Shown: positions 1 through 10,215 of the stretch, in pieces | Layout: the number at the start of each line of letters is the position of its first letter | Numbering within the stretch: the stretch's first letter is position 1 | Assembly: GCA_964482135.1 (NCBI GenBank) | Contig: CAYZWF010000009.1 | Location: 1-62,520, forward strand | Length of the DNA stretch: 62,520 bases | Reading direction: 5' to 3' | DNA from: an uncultured Rhodospirillaceae bacterium | GTDB taxonomy: Bacteria > Pseudomonadota > Alphaproteobacteria > UBA11136 | Translations under genes and position numbers: made by a program | The notes under the pieces: generated by a model | What the model saw: the letters and a program-made list of their open reading frames with translations, nothing else | Told to the model about the DNA's origin: nothing | The model's database searches: none

Positions 1-207
1 AAAGTGGGCTATCTTGACAGCAGCGGCATAGAAACCCTGGTGGAAGCCGACCGCGAGGCGAAAAATAAGGGTGTGCGCCTTCATCTTGCGGAGGTGGGAA
101 AAATCCCCCGGCGGGTGCTGACTCTGGCCAAGCTCGACGAGGTGCTCACCATCCATGCCAGCCTCGAGGACGCGCTAGCGGACAGGAAGACGAAAAGTGG
201 CGGTTAA
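1..207 (+). CDS. STAS-domain anti-sigma factor antagonist (SpoIIAA/RsbV-like), 5'-truncated by window edge
   Basis: Open frame from base 1: KVGYLDSSGIETLV...RRVLTLAKLDEVLTIHASLEDA; DSSG motif and STAS C-terminal pattern. Confidence 0.85.
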   Translation, partial: KVGYLDSSGIETLVEADREAKNKGVRLHLAEVGKIPRRVLTLAKLDEVLTIHASLEDALADRKTKSGG

Positions 208-214
208 GCGCCAC

Positions 215-238
215 AGTACATAGTTAAGTACATAATTA
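215..238. repeat. AT-rich 12-bp tandem direct repeat (AGTACATAGTTA / AGTACATAATTA)
   Basis: 11/12 identical adjacent copies in the spacer between the two STAS genes. Confidence 0.7.
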
Positions 239-257
239 CAGGACGGATAGGGAAGTC

Positions 258-590
258 ATGGAACATCAAATCAGGGAAGAAGGAAGCGTCCTCGTGGTTG
301 TTCTCAACGGCGACGTGGACTTTGAACAGGCCCCTGCCGCGCGCAAGGTTCTTCTCGAATGCGTGGGGCGAGGAGGGAGCGTTCTCGTGGATCTTTCCGG
401 TGTCGGTTATATCGACAGTTCCGGGGTCGCCAGTCTGGTGGAGGCTTACCAGGCGGCGCGCAAGGCGCAGACGGCATTTGCCCTGGCCGCGGTGAGCGCC
501 GGCGCCATGAGGGTCCTGGAGCTGGCCCGCCTGAACAAGGTGTTCACCATTCATGACAGCCTCGAATTGGGCCTGGAGTCGCTCGGCTAG
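258..590 (+). CDS. STAS-domain anti-sigma factor antagonist
   Basis: 110 aa; VVVLNGDVD...VLVDLSGVGYIDSSGVASLV...VLELARL; RBS-like AGGGAAG upstream. Confidence 0.9.
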   Translation: MEHQIREEGSVLVVVLNGDVDFEQAPAARKVLLECVGRGGSVLVDLSGVGYIDSSGVASLVEAYQAARKAQTAFALAAVSAGAMRVLELARLNKVFTIHDSLELGLESLG

Positions 591-1390
591 TGATTACGAA
601 ACTGACCGCATTCTCCGACCGGGTGGGCCGTACCACCTTAGCCATGGTGGAGGAGGTGGGCCACGGCGCCCTGCTATTTATGGAAAGCCTCTACTGGCTT
701 TTCGGCGGCTGGCGGCGAGGTCAGCCGGTGCGCATGGATTCCATTTTTGTGCAGATGATAGAGGTGGGTATCCGAGCGATTCCCATCGTCACGGTGCTGG
801 CGGGCACCATCGGTGTCATGCTGGCGATTCAGGGCATCTATACCCTGCGCACCTTCGGCGCCGAATCCCGCGTGGTGGTGGGTATCGCGCTTTCCGTCAC
901 CCGTGAGTTTTCCGCCTTGATTACGGGTATTCTCATTGCCGGGCGCTCGGGATCGGCACTGGCGGCGCGACTCTCTACCATGAAGATTAATCAGGAAGTG
1001 GACGCCCTGCGCGTGATCGGCATCAACCCGGTGCGGTTCCTGGTGGCCCCGGCGCTCCTCGCGATGATGGTTATGCTGCCCATGCTGACCATCTGGTCGG
1101 ATATTGTGGCTCTTTTCGCTGCCGGCATTTATGTGTCGCTGGACCTGGGAATCAGCATGGCGGCCTATATCGACCAGACCATAGACGTGCTGAAGGTGGA
1201 TGACGTGCTGCACGGGTTTCAGAAAACCTTTATTTTCGCCATTCTCATTACCCTGGTAGGGGTGGTCAGCGGTAATTCCGTGACCGGCGGGGCCGAGGGC
1301 GTGGGGCGCGTAACCACGCGTTCGGTGGTGGTTTCCATCACCCTCATCGTCATCGCCGATATGCTGTTCGCATTTCTTACCACACGGTAG
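590..1390 (+). CDS. mlaE: MlaE-family ABC transporter permease
   Basis: REFSALITGILIAGRSGSALAARLSTMKINQEVDALRVIGINP; GGAEGVGRVTTRSVV; GTG start overlaps upstream stop. Confidence 0.93.
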   Translation: MITKLTAFSDRVGRTTLAMVEEVGHGALLFMESLYWLFGGWRRGQPVRMDSIFVQMIEVGIRAIPIVTVLAGTIGVMLAIQGIYTLRTFGAESRVVVGIALSVTREFSALITGILIAGRSGSALAARLSTMKINQEVDALRVIGINPVRFLVAPALLAMMVMLPMLTIWSDIVALFAAGIYVSLDLGISMAAYIDQTIDVLKVDDVLHGFQKTFIFAILITLVGVVSGNSVTGGAEGVGRVTTRSVVVSITLIVIADMLFAFLTTR

Positions 1391-1396
1391 CGGAAA

Positions 1397-2251
1397 ATGG
1401 CCAAGGCAAGGCAGACAAAGGATACGGCACAACAGACAGCCCCCAAGGTAGCTATCGAGGTGCGTGATCTCGTCACCCATTACGGCGACCGCATGATTCT
1501 CAACGATGTCAATCTCGACATCCATGAAGGCGAGATCATGGTCATCATGGGTGGCAGCGGGTCGGGAAAGAGCACCTTCCTGCGCCATATCATGGCGCTG
1601 GAAATCCCCACGTCTGGCCATGTCCACATTTTCGGAAAAGACATCGCCACCATTACCAGCGACGAGATGTTCGAGGTTCGCAAGAAGACGGGCGTGGCGT
1701 TTCAGGGCGGCGCTCTGTTTACCTCCATGTCGGTGGGGGAAAATATCAAACTTCCCCTGCGCGAGTTGACTAATCTTGACGAAATGACAATGCAGATTAT
1801 GGCCCGGCTGAAGCTAGAAGTCGTGGATCTCGCGGGTTTCGAGGATCTGATGCCGTCGGAGCTTTCGGGCGGCATGATCAAGCGCGCGGCCATGGCCCGC
1901 GCCGTCATCATGGACCCCAAGGTGTTGTTCTGCGACGAGCCTTCCGCCGGGCTCGATCCCGTGGTTTCGTCCCAGCTCGACCAGTTGATTCTGCGCCTGC
2001 GCGAGGCCATGGGCATGACCATCGTCGTCGTCACCCACGAGCTGGACAGCGCCTTCACTATCGCCGACCGCATTACTATGTTGGACAAGGGGCGGATTCT
2101 GATGATAGGCACGCCGGACGAACTGAAGAACAGCGATAACGATCGGGTGCAGAATTTTATCAATCGCCGCACCGAGGATGTCATGCTGGATCCGGACGAA
2201 TATCTGCAACGCCTGACCGGAGAGGCTTTGGACAGGGGCGAGTATCGATGA
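1397..2251 (+). CDS. mlaF: MlaF-family ABC transporter ATP-binding protein
   Basis: Walker A GGSGSGKS, signature ELSGGM, Walker B LFCDEPSAGLDP, H-loop VTH. Confidence 0.93.
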   Translation: MAKARQTKDTAQQTAPKVAIEVRDLVTHYGDRMILNDVNLDIHEGEIMVIMGGSGSGKSTFLRHIMALEIPTSGHVHIFGKDIATITSDEMFEVRKKTGVAFQGGALFTSMSVGENIKLPLRELTNLDEMTMQIMARLKLEVVDLAGFEDLMPSELSGGMIKRAAMARAVIMDPKVLFCDEPSAGLDPVVSSQLDQLILRLREAMGMTIVVVTHELDSAFTIADRITMLDKGRILMIGTPDELKNSDNDRVQNFINRRTEDVMLDPDEYLQRLTGEALDRGEYR

Positions 2252-3264
2252 AAAGCCGGAAAATAAACTACGTGGTTGTGGGCGGTTTCGTAATTGCCAT
2301 GCTCGCCGCCCTGACTTTTTCCATGGCCATGCTTTCAGGGCACAGCGGCGATACCGAAGACTATTACGTGGTCTACGACAACGTCTCGGGCGTGGGATTC
2401 GGCACCAAGGTGCTGTTCGAGGGCTATCACGTGGGCCAGGTGGAGAACATTACTCCGGTAATCGAAGACGGCGCCCTGCATTTCCGGGTGGATATGAGCA
2501 TCGTCGAAGGATGGCATATCCCCGTTGACAGCGTAGCGCGCAAGGAATCGGGGGGACTGCTCTCCGCCGTCACTATCGCCATCAGCGCCGGGGATAATCC
2601 CGAGGCCATTGAGGTCGGAGAACAGATCACCCCGGGCGTCTCCACCAGCCTCTTCGACGTGGTTTCCCAGGTGGCCACTGACGCTGGTGACGTGACCCGC
2701 ACGGGCCTGAAACCCCTTCTCGAAAACATCAACAAACAGGTGGCCCTTCTCGGCGTCATGCTGGAGGAGGATATTCCCTTATTGCTGACCGAGCTTTCCT
2801 CCACCGTCGCCGTGGCCGCCGAGCGCGCGCCCACCATTCTCGCCAATCTCGAATCCTTTACCGAAAACCTGAATGCAACGGGTGCCAGGGTTGACGAAAT
2901 ATTGAACGCCCGCAACATCGCCCTGGTAAGCAGTTCTCTTGAAAATATCGAGGAAGGCACCGGTAATTTTGTCAACATTGCCGGCGATCTTCAGGCCACC
3001 AGCGCCAATCTCGACCGCATGATTGCATCCATCGACGAGGTGGTGTCCGGGAACAAGGGCAACGTGGACAAGACCCTGATTGACCTGCGTTACTCCATGG
3101 AATCGGTGGCCCGTCATGTGGACGCCATTTCACGCAACTTGGAAGGAAGCAGCCGCCATATGTATGAATTCAGCCGCCAGATACGCTTGAACCCGGGACT
3201 GCTTCTGGGGGGCAAGCCACCCCGCGACGAGGCCGAAGCCACAGCCGCGGGGATGGCCCGGTAA
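2248..3264 (+). CDS. MCE (MlaD-family) protein with long helical C-terminal region
   Basis: N-terminal TM (NYVVVGGFVIAM), MCE motif VSGVGFGTKVLFEGYHVGQV, GLLS...IAIS, then about 190 aa of amphipathic helices ending NPGLLLGG. Confidence 0.88.
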   Translation: MKSRKINYVVVGGFVIAMLAALTFSMAMLSGHSGDTEDYYVVYDNVSGVGFGTKVLFEGYHVGQVENITPVIEDGALHFRVDMSIVEGWHIPVDSVARKESGGLLSAVTIAISAGDNPEAIEVGEQITPGVSTSLFDVVSQVATDAGDVTRTGLKPLLENINKQVALLGVMLEEDIPLLLTELSSTVAVAAERAPTILANLESFTENLNATGARVDEILNARNIALVSSSLENIEEGTGNFVNIAGDLQATSANLDRMIASIDEVVSGNKGNVDKTLIDLRYSMESVARHVDAISRNLEGSSRHMYEFSRQIRLNPGLLLGGKPPRDEAEATAAGMAR

Positions 3265-3866
3265 TGAGACGAGCACCCTTTCTTACCCTGATTCTGTTGG
3301 CGCCCCTTCTTGTTATGGCGGGCTGTGCCCAGCCCAAGCTGCCCCAGGAAAACTATTACCGGCTTGTGGTCGCCGACCCTGCCGACAGTGAGAAGGTTCT
3401 CGACGGGTCGCTGGTGGTGAAACCTTTTATCGGCAACGGGCTCACCAGTGAACGCTCGCTTCTCTACAGCACAACTGATGCACCGCTGAAGGTCCAGCAA
3501 TACCACTATCACTACTGGATCGACCCGCCACCGCAGATGATCCAGGACCAGGTGGTGGCTTATCTGCGTTCCGGTGGCACGGCCGCCAATGTGGTGACAC
3601 CGGAGATGCGGCTGCTGCCCGATTACGCGCTGATAGGGCGCATCAAGCGGCTCGAGCGGATCGTGGACGGGTCACGGTTCTCGGCTGTGGTGGAGTTGGA
3701 AATCGGCCTCTCGGACGCCCGCGACAATTCCCTGGTCCTGCTTGAAACCTATGTAGCCGAAGAACCGGCGGGCAAGGACATGGCCAGCACCGTGGAAGCC
3801 TTCAACCGGGGGATTACGAAAATCCTCGAGAAATTTGTCGCTGATCTCAGAGCGGTTCAGGATTGA
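3264..3866 (+). CDS. ABC-transport auxiliary lipoprotein (PqiC-like)
   Basis: Lipobox-like LVMAGC, ENYYRL, QYHYHYWIDPPPQMIQ pattern typical of the PqiC/ABC_trans_aux family; follows MCE gene. Confidence 0.8.
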   Translation: MRRAPFLTLILLAPLLVMAGCAQPKLPQENYYRLVVADPADSEKVLDGSLVVKPFIGNGLTSERSLLYSTTDAPLKVQQYHYHYWIDPPPQMIQDQVVAYLRSGGTAANVVTPEMRLLPDYALIGRIKRLERIVDGSRFSAVVELEIGLSDARDNSLVLLETYVAEEPAGKDMASTVEAFNRGITKILEKFVADLRAVQD

Positions 3867-4098
3867 TAGGAACCATTTGACCGGGATGATTTTGTTCCGT
3901 GGCAAGGCGCGCATTCGAAATGCGATGCCTGTGCATCGGATGAGGAGCGCAACGATGCCACGGGGCTAAAGCACCCGGCCGAAGGTGGGGCGGATCGGCC
4001 CCTCGGGTGCGTTGCGGCGCTTGCCCGATGTGCTCGCATCGCGCTGTGCGCCGCGCCTACCCGAATGAACCGATCCACTGCCATCAAATTACTCCCTG
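3867..4098. repeat. Structured intergenic palindromic element (REP/BIME/MITE-like) with two degenerate inverted units
   Basis: Stems CCGTGGCA(3897)/TGCCACGG(3963), CGATGC/GCATCG, GCACCCG(3971)/CGGGTGC(4010), GGATCGG(3992)/CCGATCC(4076); lies between convergent genes. Confidence 0.6.
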
Positions 4099-4159
4099 TC
4101 AGCCCTGACCCGCTCTAGCGGCGCCCAAGGTGCCTGAATTAAAGAGCGCCTGAAACACC

Positions 4160-4807
4160 TCAGCCGCGAATAGCGGCAATATTGGCGGCGTAGTCTTCCA
4201 CATCGAAAACGGCTGATCCCGCCACCAGAACATCGGCCCCGGCGGCAATAATGTCCGGGGCGTTCTTCGCCGTCACGCCGCCATCCACTTCCAGTTCGAT
4301 CTCACGTTCGCCGATCATGGCGCGCAGCCGCTTGATCTTTTCCAGCTGCGAGGTCAGGAAGGCCTGACCGCCGAATCCAGGATTGACCGACATGACGAGG
4401 ATCAGGTCCACCTTGTCGAGAACGTATTCCACCGTGTCCGCCGGGGTGGCGGGGTTGAGGGAGATGCCCGCCTTCTTGCCCAGCGAGCGGATCAATTGCA
4501 GCGAGCGGTCGATGTGATGGCCGGCCTCCACATGGACGGTGATGATGTCGCTTCCGGCCTCAGCGAAGGCCTCGATATAGGGGTCCACGGGATCGATCAT
4601 GAGATGCACGTCGAAGGGCTTTTTCGTGTGCGGACGCATGGCTTTGACCACCGCCGGGCCGATGGTGATATTGGGTACGAAATGGCCATCCATCACGTCC
4701 ACATGGATGTAATCACACCCGGCTTCGTCGATGGCGCGGATTTCCTCGCCCAGTTTCGCGAAATCGGCGGATAGGATGGAGGGCGCGATCTTGACGGCTT
4801 GGCTCAT
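4160..4807 (-). CDS. rpe: Ribulose-phosphate 3-epimerase
   Basis: [43 protein letters not shown]. Confidence 0.97.
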   Translation of the reverse strand: MSQAVKIAPSILSADFAKLGEEIRAIDEAGCDYIHVDVMDGHFVPNITIGPAVVKAMRPHTKKPFDVHLMIDPVDPYIEAFAEAGSDIITVHVEAGHHIDRSLQLIRSLGKKAGISLNPATPADTVEYVLDKVDLILVMSVNPGFGGQAFLTSQLEKIKRLRAMIGEREIELEVDGGVTAKNAPDIIAAGADVLVAGSAVFDVEDYAANIAAIRG

Positions 4808-4847
4808 GGTCCCGGTTCCCTATGCCATGGAGTTCAAGTGTTCTGTC

Positions 4848-5912
4848 TTAGTTGATTTTGGGGTCCAAATCACCCGAGGAATAGCGTCCGGCCATCTCGC
4901 TCAGGGGCAGCACCTTTATTTTAGATGCCTGTCCCGCAGTGCCAAAGGTTTCGTAACGATTGATGCAGACCTTCTCCATTTCCGCATAGGCGGGAACGCT
5001 GAATTTCCTGGGGTCGAACTCGGCTTTTTTCTCGGCCGCTACCTTGCGCCACTGGCCGGTAATGGCCATGCGACAGTCGGTATCAATATTGACCTTGCGG
5101 ACGCCGTTCTTGATGCCGGTGGCGATTTCCTCCACCGGCACGCCGTAGGTCTGGGGCATGGCGCCGCCGTACTGGTTGATCACGTCCTGAAGTTCCTGGG
5201 GCACCGAGGATGATCCATGCATGACGAGATGGGTATTGGGCAGCCTTTCGTGGATTTTCTTCACCACATCCATGGCCAGAATGTCGCCGGTGGGCTTACG
5301 CGTGAACTTATAGGCGCCGTGGGAGGTGCCGATGGCCACCGCCAGGGCGTCCACCTTGGTCTTGGCGACGAAATCGGTGGCTTCGTCGGGATCGGTCAAC
5401 AGCATGTCGCGGTCGAGCTCGCCCTCGAATCCGTGACCGTCTTCCTTGTCGCCGGTGCCGGTCTCCAGGGATCCCAGACAGCCCAGCTCGCCTTCCACGG
5501 AAACCCCCACCATATGGGCCATCTCCACCGTCTTGGCCGTGACTTGCACATTATAGTCGTAGCTGGCGGGGGTCTTGGCGTCCTCTTCCAGGGAACCGTC
5601 CATCATGACGCTGGAAAAGCCGAAATTCATGGCCGAGAGACAGGTCTGGGGATTGTTGCCGTGATCCTGGTGCATACAGACGGGAAGATCGGGATAGCTC
5701 TCCATGGCGGCAATAATAAGGTGACGCAGGAAGATGTCTCCGGCGTAAGACCGTGCGCCGCGGCTGGCCTGAAGGATGACCGGGGAATCGGTCTTGGCGG
5801 CCGCGCGCATGATGGCCTGGACCTGTTCCATGTTATTGACGTTGAAGGCGGGCACGCCGTAATCGTTCTCGGCGGCGTGGTCCAGCATTTGTCTCATGGA
5901 AATCAGTGGCAT
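4848..5912 (-). CDS. fba: Class II fructose-bisphosphate aldolase (CbbA-like subtype)
   Basis: [48 protein letters not shown]; start moved to ATG 5912 behind an AGGAG RBS. Confidence 0.95.
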   Translation of the reverse strand: MPLISMRQMLDHAAENDYGVPAFNVNNMEQVQAIMRAAAKTDSPVILQASRGARSYAGDIFLRHLIIAAMESYPDLPVCMHQDHGNNPQTCLSAMNFGFSSVMMDGSLEEDAKTPASYDYNVQVTAKTVEMAHMVGVSVEGELGCLGSLETGTGDKEDGHGFEGELDRDMLLTDPDEATDFVAKTKVDALAVAIGTSHGAYKFTRKPTGDILAMDVVKKIHERLPNTHLVMHGSSSVPQELQDVINQYGGAMPQTYGVPVEEIATGIKNGVRKVNIDTDCRMAITGQWRKVAAEKKAEFDPRKFSVPAYAEMEKVCINRYETFGTAGQASKIKVLPLSEMAGRYSSGDLDPKIN

Positions 5913-5943
5913 TGCGTTCTCCTGGTCATGATCTTCGCTTGGT

Positions 5944-7143
5944 TCATGTGCCGCCACTCAATGCGGCGACTCCGGGAAGATCCTTGCCTTCGAGCCATTC
6001 GAGGAAGGCTCCGCCCGCAGTTGAAATATAGGTGAAATCCCGCTCAACGCCAGCATGGGATAAGGCGGCCACGGTATCACCGCCTCCCGCCACGCTCACA
6101 AGTTTTCCCGCCCGCGTCAAGCCTGCGGCGGCGACCGCCACGGTATTGGTTCCGGCGTCGAAGGGCGGGGTCTCGAAGGCCCCCAGCGGCCCGTTCCAGA
6201 CCAGGCTTTTGCACCCCTCCAGACGCTCCGCCAGCTGCGCCGCGCTCTGTGGCCCGATGTCCAGAATCATGGTATCCGCAGGAACATTTTTGATGTCCAC
6301 GGTGTGTGTGGCAACGCCTGGGGCCAGTTCATCGGCCACCACGGCGTCCACGGGGAGCACGATCTCGCATCCCGCCTCTTGCGCAGTGCCGAGAATGGCC
6401 CGTGCGGTCTCCGCCATGTCGCGCTCGCACAGGGATTTGCCTACATCCACGCCCTGGGCATGGAGGAAGGTATTGGCCATGGCGCCGCCGATGGCCAGCA
6501 CATCGAGCCGCTGGCACAGATTTCCCAGCAGGTCGAGTTTGGTGGAAATCTTGGCGCCGCCGACGATGGCGGCGGCCGGGTGTTGCGGGTTTTCCAAGGC
6601 GCCCGCCAGCGCGGAGAGTTCGGCCTCCATGAGTCGTCCCGCCGCCGCCAGAAGCAGCCCCGCCACCGCATGGGTAGAGGCATGGGCGCGGTGGGCGCAG
6701 GAAAAGGCATCGTTCACGTAAAGATCGGCATTGGCGGCAAGCTGCGCCGCGAAATCGGGGTCATTGGCCTCTTCACCGGCGTGAAAACGTAAATTTTCCA
6801 ACAGGGCGAAACTACCTGGCTCCACGCTATCCACGGTTTGTGCCGCCGCCTCGCCGATGCAATCTTCGGCGAAGGCCACCGTCTTCCCAAGAGCCTCGCT
6901 TAAGGGTCCGGCCAGGGGTTTCAGGGACATCTCCGCCAGCTTTTTCCCCTTGGGCCGTCCGAAATGGGAGGCCACGATCACCCGCGCGCCTTTCCCGGCC
7001 AGTTCGCTCAATGTGGAAACCAAGCGTTCGATACGGGTGGCGTCGCTGACGGCGCCGTCTTTCATGGGAACGTTGAGATCAACGCGCACCAGGACGCGCT
7101 TGCCGGAAACGTCGAGATCGTCCAGCGTTTTGAAATCAGGCAT
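5944..7143 (-). CDS. pgk: Phosphoglycerate kinase
   Basis: [54 protein letters not shown]. Confidence 0.97.
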   Translation of the reverse strand: MPDFKTLDDLDVSGKRVLVRVDLNVPMKDGAVSDATRIERLVSTLSELAGKGARVIVASHFGRPKGKKLAEMSLKPLAGPLSEALGKTVAFAEDCIGEAAAQTVDSVEPGSFALLENLRFHAGEEANDPDFAAQLAANADLYVNDAFSCAHRAHASTHAVAGLLLAAAGRLMEAELSALAGALENPQHPAAAIVGGAKISTKLDLLGNLCQRLDVLAIGGAMANTFLHAQGVDVGKSLCERDMAETARAILGTAQEAGCEIVLPVDAVVADELAPGVATHTVDIKNVPADTMILDIGPQSAAQLAERLEGCKSLVWNGPLGAFETPPFDAGTNTVAVAAAGLTRAGKLVSVAGGGDTVAALSHAGVERDFTYISTAGGAFLEWLEGKDLPGVAALSGGT

Positions 7144-7158
7144 GGGTGCGGAATGGAC

Positions 7159-9189
7159 TCATGCGTTGCCGAGACGGGTCTTCACGGCCTCGGCCACGGC
7201 ATCCGCCGTAATGCCGAAATGTTCGTAAAGATCACCGGCCGGGGCCGATTCGCCGAAACCGGTCATGCCGATCACCGCACCCTCCAGCCCCACATAGCGT
7301 TCCCAGCCAAAGGTGGCGGCGGCTTCTATCGCCACCCGCACCGTATCTTGACCGAGAACCTCGTCGCGATACTTCTGAGGCTGGGCGTCGAAGGCTTCCC
7401 AACAGGGCAGGGACACCACACGGGCGGGGATGCCGTCGGCCTGCAAAGCATCACGGGCGGCCAGGGCGATTTCCACCTCCGAGCCGCTGGCTATAAGGAC
7501 GACGCGGGGTTCCCCCTCGGCCTCGGCCAGAATATAGCCGCCGCGCTCGCATAAATTTTCTCCCGCTTCCTTGCGCAGGGCCGGTAATCCCTGGCGCGAG
7601 AGGGCCAGCACCGAGGGGCCGTCATCGCGCTTGAGCGCCATTTCCCAGCATTCGGCGGTTTCCATGGCGTCACTGGGGCGCATCACATAGAGATTGGGAA
7701 TGGCGCGCAGGCTGGCCAGATGTTCCACCGGCTGATGGGTGGGGCCGTCCTCGCCGAGACCAATGGAATCGTGGGTCATCACATAGACCACGCGCTGTTT
7801 CATCATGGCCGAAAGGCGGATGGCATTGCGGCAGTAATCGGTGAATACGAGAAAGGTGCCGCCATAGGGCACCAGGCCGCCATGCAGGGCGATGCCGTTC
7901 ATGGCCGCGGCCATGGTGTGCTCGCGCACCCCGTAATAGATATAGCCGCCGGAGAAATCGTCCCGGGTAACGGGGGGCTGGACCTTGGTCAGGGTCAGGT
8001 TGGAGCCGGTGAGGTCGGCCGATCCGCCCACCATTTCCGGCAGGGCCGCGGTCAGCACTTCCAGTGCCTCATGGGAGGATTTGCGGGTGGCCCATTTGGG
8101 GGCCTCGGCGGCCAGGGTTTCCTTAAACGCAGTCAGCGCGGCTTCCCAGCCTTCCGTCAACTCGCCCGCCATGCGGCGGGTGAAGGCGTCTCCCTTTGTG
8201 TCTTCTGCCAGCCGCGCCTCCCAGGCTTCCCGTTCGCCCTGGCCCCGGCTTCCGGCCTCGCGCCAGGCATCGAGGATGGGTGCCGGTATCTCGAAGGGTG
8301 GTGACTCCCAGCCCAGGGCCTCGCGGGTGGCGGCCACTTCCTCGGCGCCCAGCGGCGCGCCATGGGTGGCGGAGGTTCCCTGTTTATTGGGGGCGCCGAA
8401 ACCGATGGTGGTGCGACAGGCGATGAGCGAGGGCGTGTCGGTGGCGCGCGCCGCTTCGATGGCGGCGGCAACGGCATCGGCGTCGTGACCGTCGACGCCG
8501 CGCACATCCCAGCCACAGGCCCTGAAGCGGGCCTGCTGGTCGTCGGAAACGGTAATCTCGGTGGAACCGTCAATGGTGATGCCGTTATCGTCGAACAGCA
8601 CGATCAGCTTGCCCAGCTTCAGATGCCCGGCAATGGATATGGCTTCGTGGCTGATGCCTTCCATCAGACAGCCGTCCCCGGCGATCACATAGGTATGATG
8701 ATCCACCAGCGCTTCGCCGAAGCGCGCCGCCATCATGCGTTCGGCCATGGCCATGCCGACGGCGTTGGCGATGCCCTGACCCAGGGGGCCGGTGGTGGTC
8801 TCGATGCAAGCGGCCAGCCCGTATTCGGGATGGCCGGCGGTGCGGCTGCCCAATTGGCGGAAGTTCTTGATCTGGTCGATCCCCATATCCTCATGACCGG
8901 TGAGGTAAGCCAGGGCATAGAGCAGCATGGAGCCGTGCCCGGCCGACAGCACGAAACGATCACGATCGGCCCATTTCGGAGCGCCGGCGTCGAATTTGAG
9001 GAAACGGGTAAACAGCACCGTGGCCACGTCGGCCATGCCCAGCGGCATGCCGGGATGGCCCGAATTGGCCTGTTCCACGGCGTCCATGGCCAGCGCCCGG
9101 ATGGCGTTTGCCATCTCGCGTGGGGCGGGGGAATCGGCGGGGGCGTCTTGGGAAGTCTGCTGTGAGGCGGTCTGTTCGGCTCCGCGCAT
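7159..9189 (-). CDS. tkt: Transketolase
   Basis: [34 protein letters not shown] (TPP motif), [16 protein letters not shown]. Confidence 0.97.
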   Translation of the reverse strand: MRGAEQTASQQTSQDAPADSPAPREMANAIRALAMDAVEQANSGHPGMPLGMADVATVLFTRFLKFDAGAPKWADRDRFVLSAGHGSMLLYALAYLTGHEDMGIDQIKNFRQLGSRTAGHPEYGLAACIETTTGPLGQGIANAVGMAMAERMMAARFGEALVDHHTYVIAGDGCLMEGISHEAISIAGHLKLGKLIVLFDDNGITIDGSTEITVSDDQQARFRACGWDVRGVDGHDADAVAAAIEAARATDTPSLIACRTTIGFGAPNKQGTSATHGAPLGAEEVAATREALGWESPPFEIPAPILDAWREAGSRGQGEREAWEARLAEDTKGDAFTRRMAGELTEGWEAALTAFKETLAAEAPKWATRKSSHEALEVLTAALPEMVGGSADLTGSNLTLTKVQPPVTRDDFSGGYIYYGVREHTMAAAMNGIALHGGLVPYGGTFLVFTDYCRNAIRLSAMMKQRVVYVMTHDSIGLGEDGPTHQPVEHLASLRAIPNLYVMRPSDAMETAECWEMALKRDDGPSVLALSRQGLPALRKEAGENLCERGGYILAEAEGEPRVVLIASGSEVEIALAARDALQADGIPARVVSLPCWEAFDAQPQKYRDEVLGQDTVRVAIEAAATFGWERYVGLEGAVIGMTGFGESAPAGDLYEHFGITADAVAEAVKTRLGNA

Positions 9190-9347
9190 TCTCTATAAGC
9201 CTTTCCTGTCGCTATGGGTACACGGGAAGGGGCAGGGGTTCGAGCGTGCTTCTTTCTATCAGCGCCACGGGGTCAGTTCCAGCCCCTTCTGAGAGTCTTT
9301 CCGTCTTTAATAAAGACGTTCCAAGGCCTCCCTTTGACCCCACCTTT

Positions 9348-10091
9348 TCAGCTCCGCAGCGCGTACCACATGCGCCCCAGAATTTCATGGAGGGCGTGGC
9401 GGCTGATGGCCAGCCCGCCCGCCGTGGGCAGGTAATCGGTGAGGCGGCGCCTGGGGTGCGACCAAAAGGAAGTGGCCGCCGGCACCACTTCGAAGCCGGC
9501 CCTCGCGAATGCGCCGCTGGCGCGGGCCATGTGCGAGGTGTGGGTGACGAGAAGGATTTTTTTAATACCTTCGCCGGCCAGAATATCCCAGACCAGCCGC
9601 GCCTGTTCCCGGGTATTGTGGGAGCGGTCCTCGATCCAGGCCACGGGCACGTTAAATTCCTCCTCAAGAACGGCGCGCATGGTTTCGGCCTCGCTCAATT
9701 CGGTGTTTTCGGGCCGTCCGCCGCTGACCAGGATGGGCTTGCCGTTGAGGCGGTGGAGATGGGCGCCATAGCGGATGCGTTGCAGGCTGCCCCCCGAAAC
9801 CGTGTCGCGCCCATATTCGGCCGCCGCCTCGTAAAGCCCCGCGCCCAGGACGACGATGGCGCCTATCCCGGGGTCACCGATCTGCGCGGCGGAGGCGGGC
9901 GCCGGCTGATACAGGCCGGTCATCAGCAACGCGGCGAAGGCCTTGGTACTGAGAACGTACAGACACACGGCTACAAAAATCAGAATGCGCCGCCCCTGCC
10001 GGGGATGGTTGGCCATGCGGAGGACGCCGAACAGCCCGATGGCTATAAAAATCCCGGGGGGCAGGAAAAGCTCTTTGAGGAACGGAATCAT
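9348..10091 (-). CDS. YdcF/DUF218 family membrane-anchored protein
   Basis: N-terminal TM segments, AIVVLGAG, ILVSGG, SEA..M, EDRSHNTRE, LLVTHTSHMARA. Confidence 0.85.
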   Translation of the reverse strand: MIPFLKELFLPPGIFIAIGLFGVLRMANHPRQGRRILIFVAVCLYVLSTKAFAALLMTGLYQPAPASAAQIGDPGIGAIVVLGAGLYEAAAEYGRDTVSGGSLQRIRYGAHLHRLNGKPILVSGGRPENTELSEAETMRAVLEEEFNVPVAWIEDRSHNTREQARLVWDILAGEGIKKILLVTHTSHMARASGAFARAGFEVVPAATSFWSHPRRRLTDYLPTAGGLAISRHALHEILGRMWYALRS

Positions 10092-10198
10092 GGCCTCTCT
10101 CGGTGGCGGCTGCGGAAACTTAGGAAAAAAGTATTCACCGAATCTTCAGTAAATAACAATATCTCTAGGGCCTGGGGCCGGGACGCGCGAGAGAGAGG

Positions 10199-10215
10199 TG
10201 CGTCAATCTGACGCG
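10199..10215. promoter_or_regulatory. RegA/PrrA/RegR-type binding box upstream of ccoN
   Basis: TGCGTC-AATCT-GACGC fits GCGNC-N5-GNCGC, about 130 bp upstream of ccoN. Confidence 0.55.

Noticed and set aside
4160-9189. Calvin-cycle (cbb) operon
   Set aside because: No RuBisCO, phosphoribulokinase, FBPase or cbbR in the window
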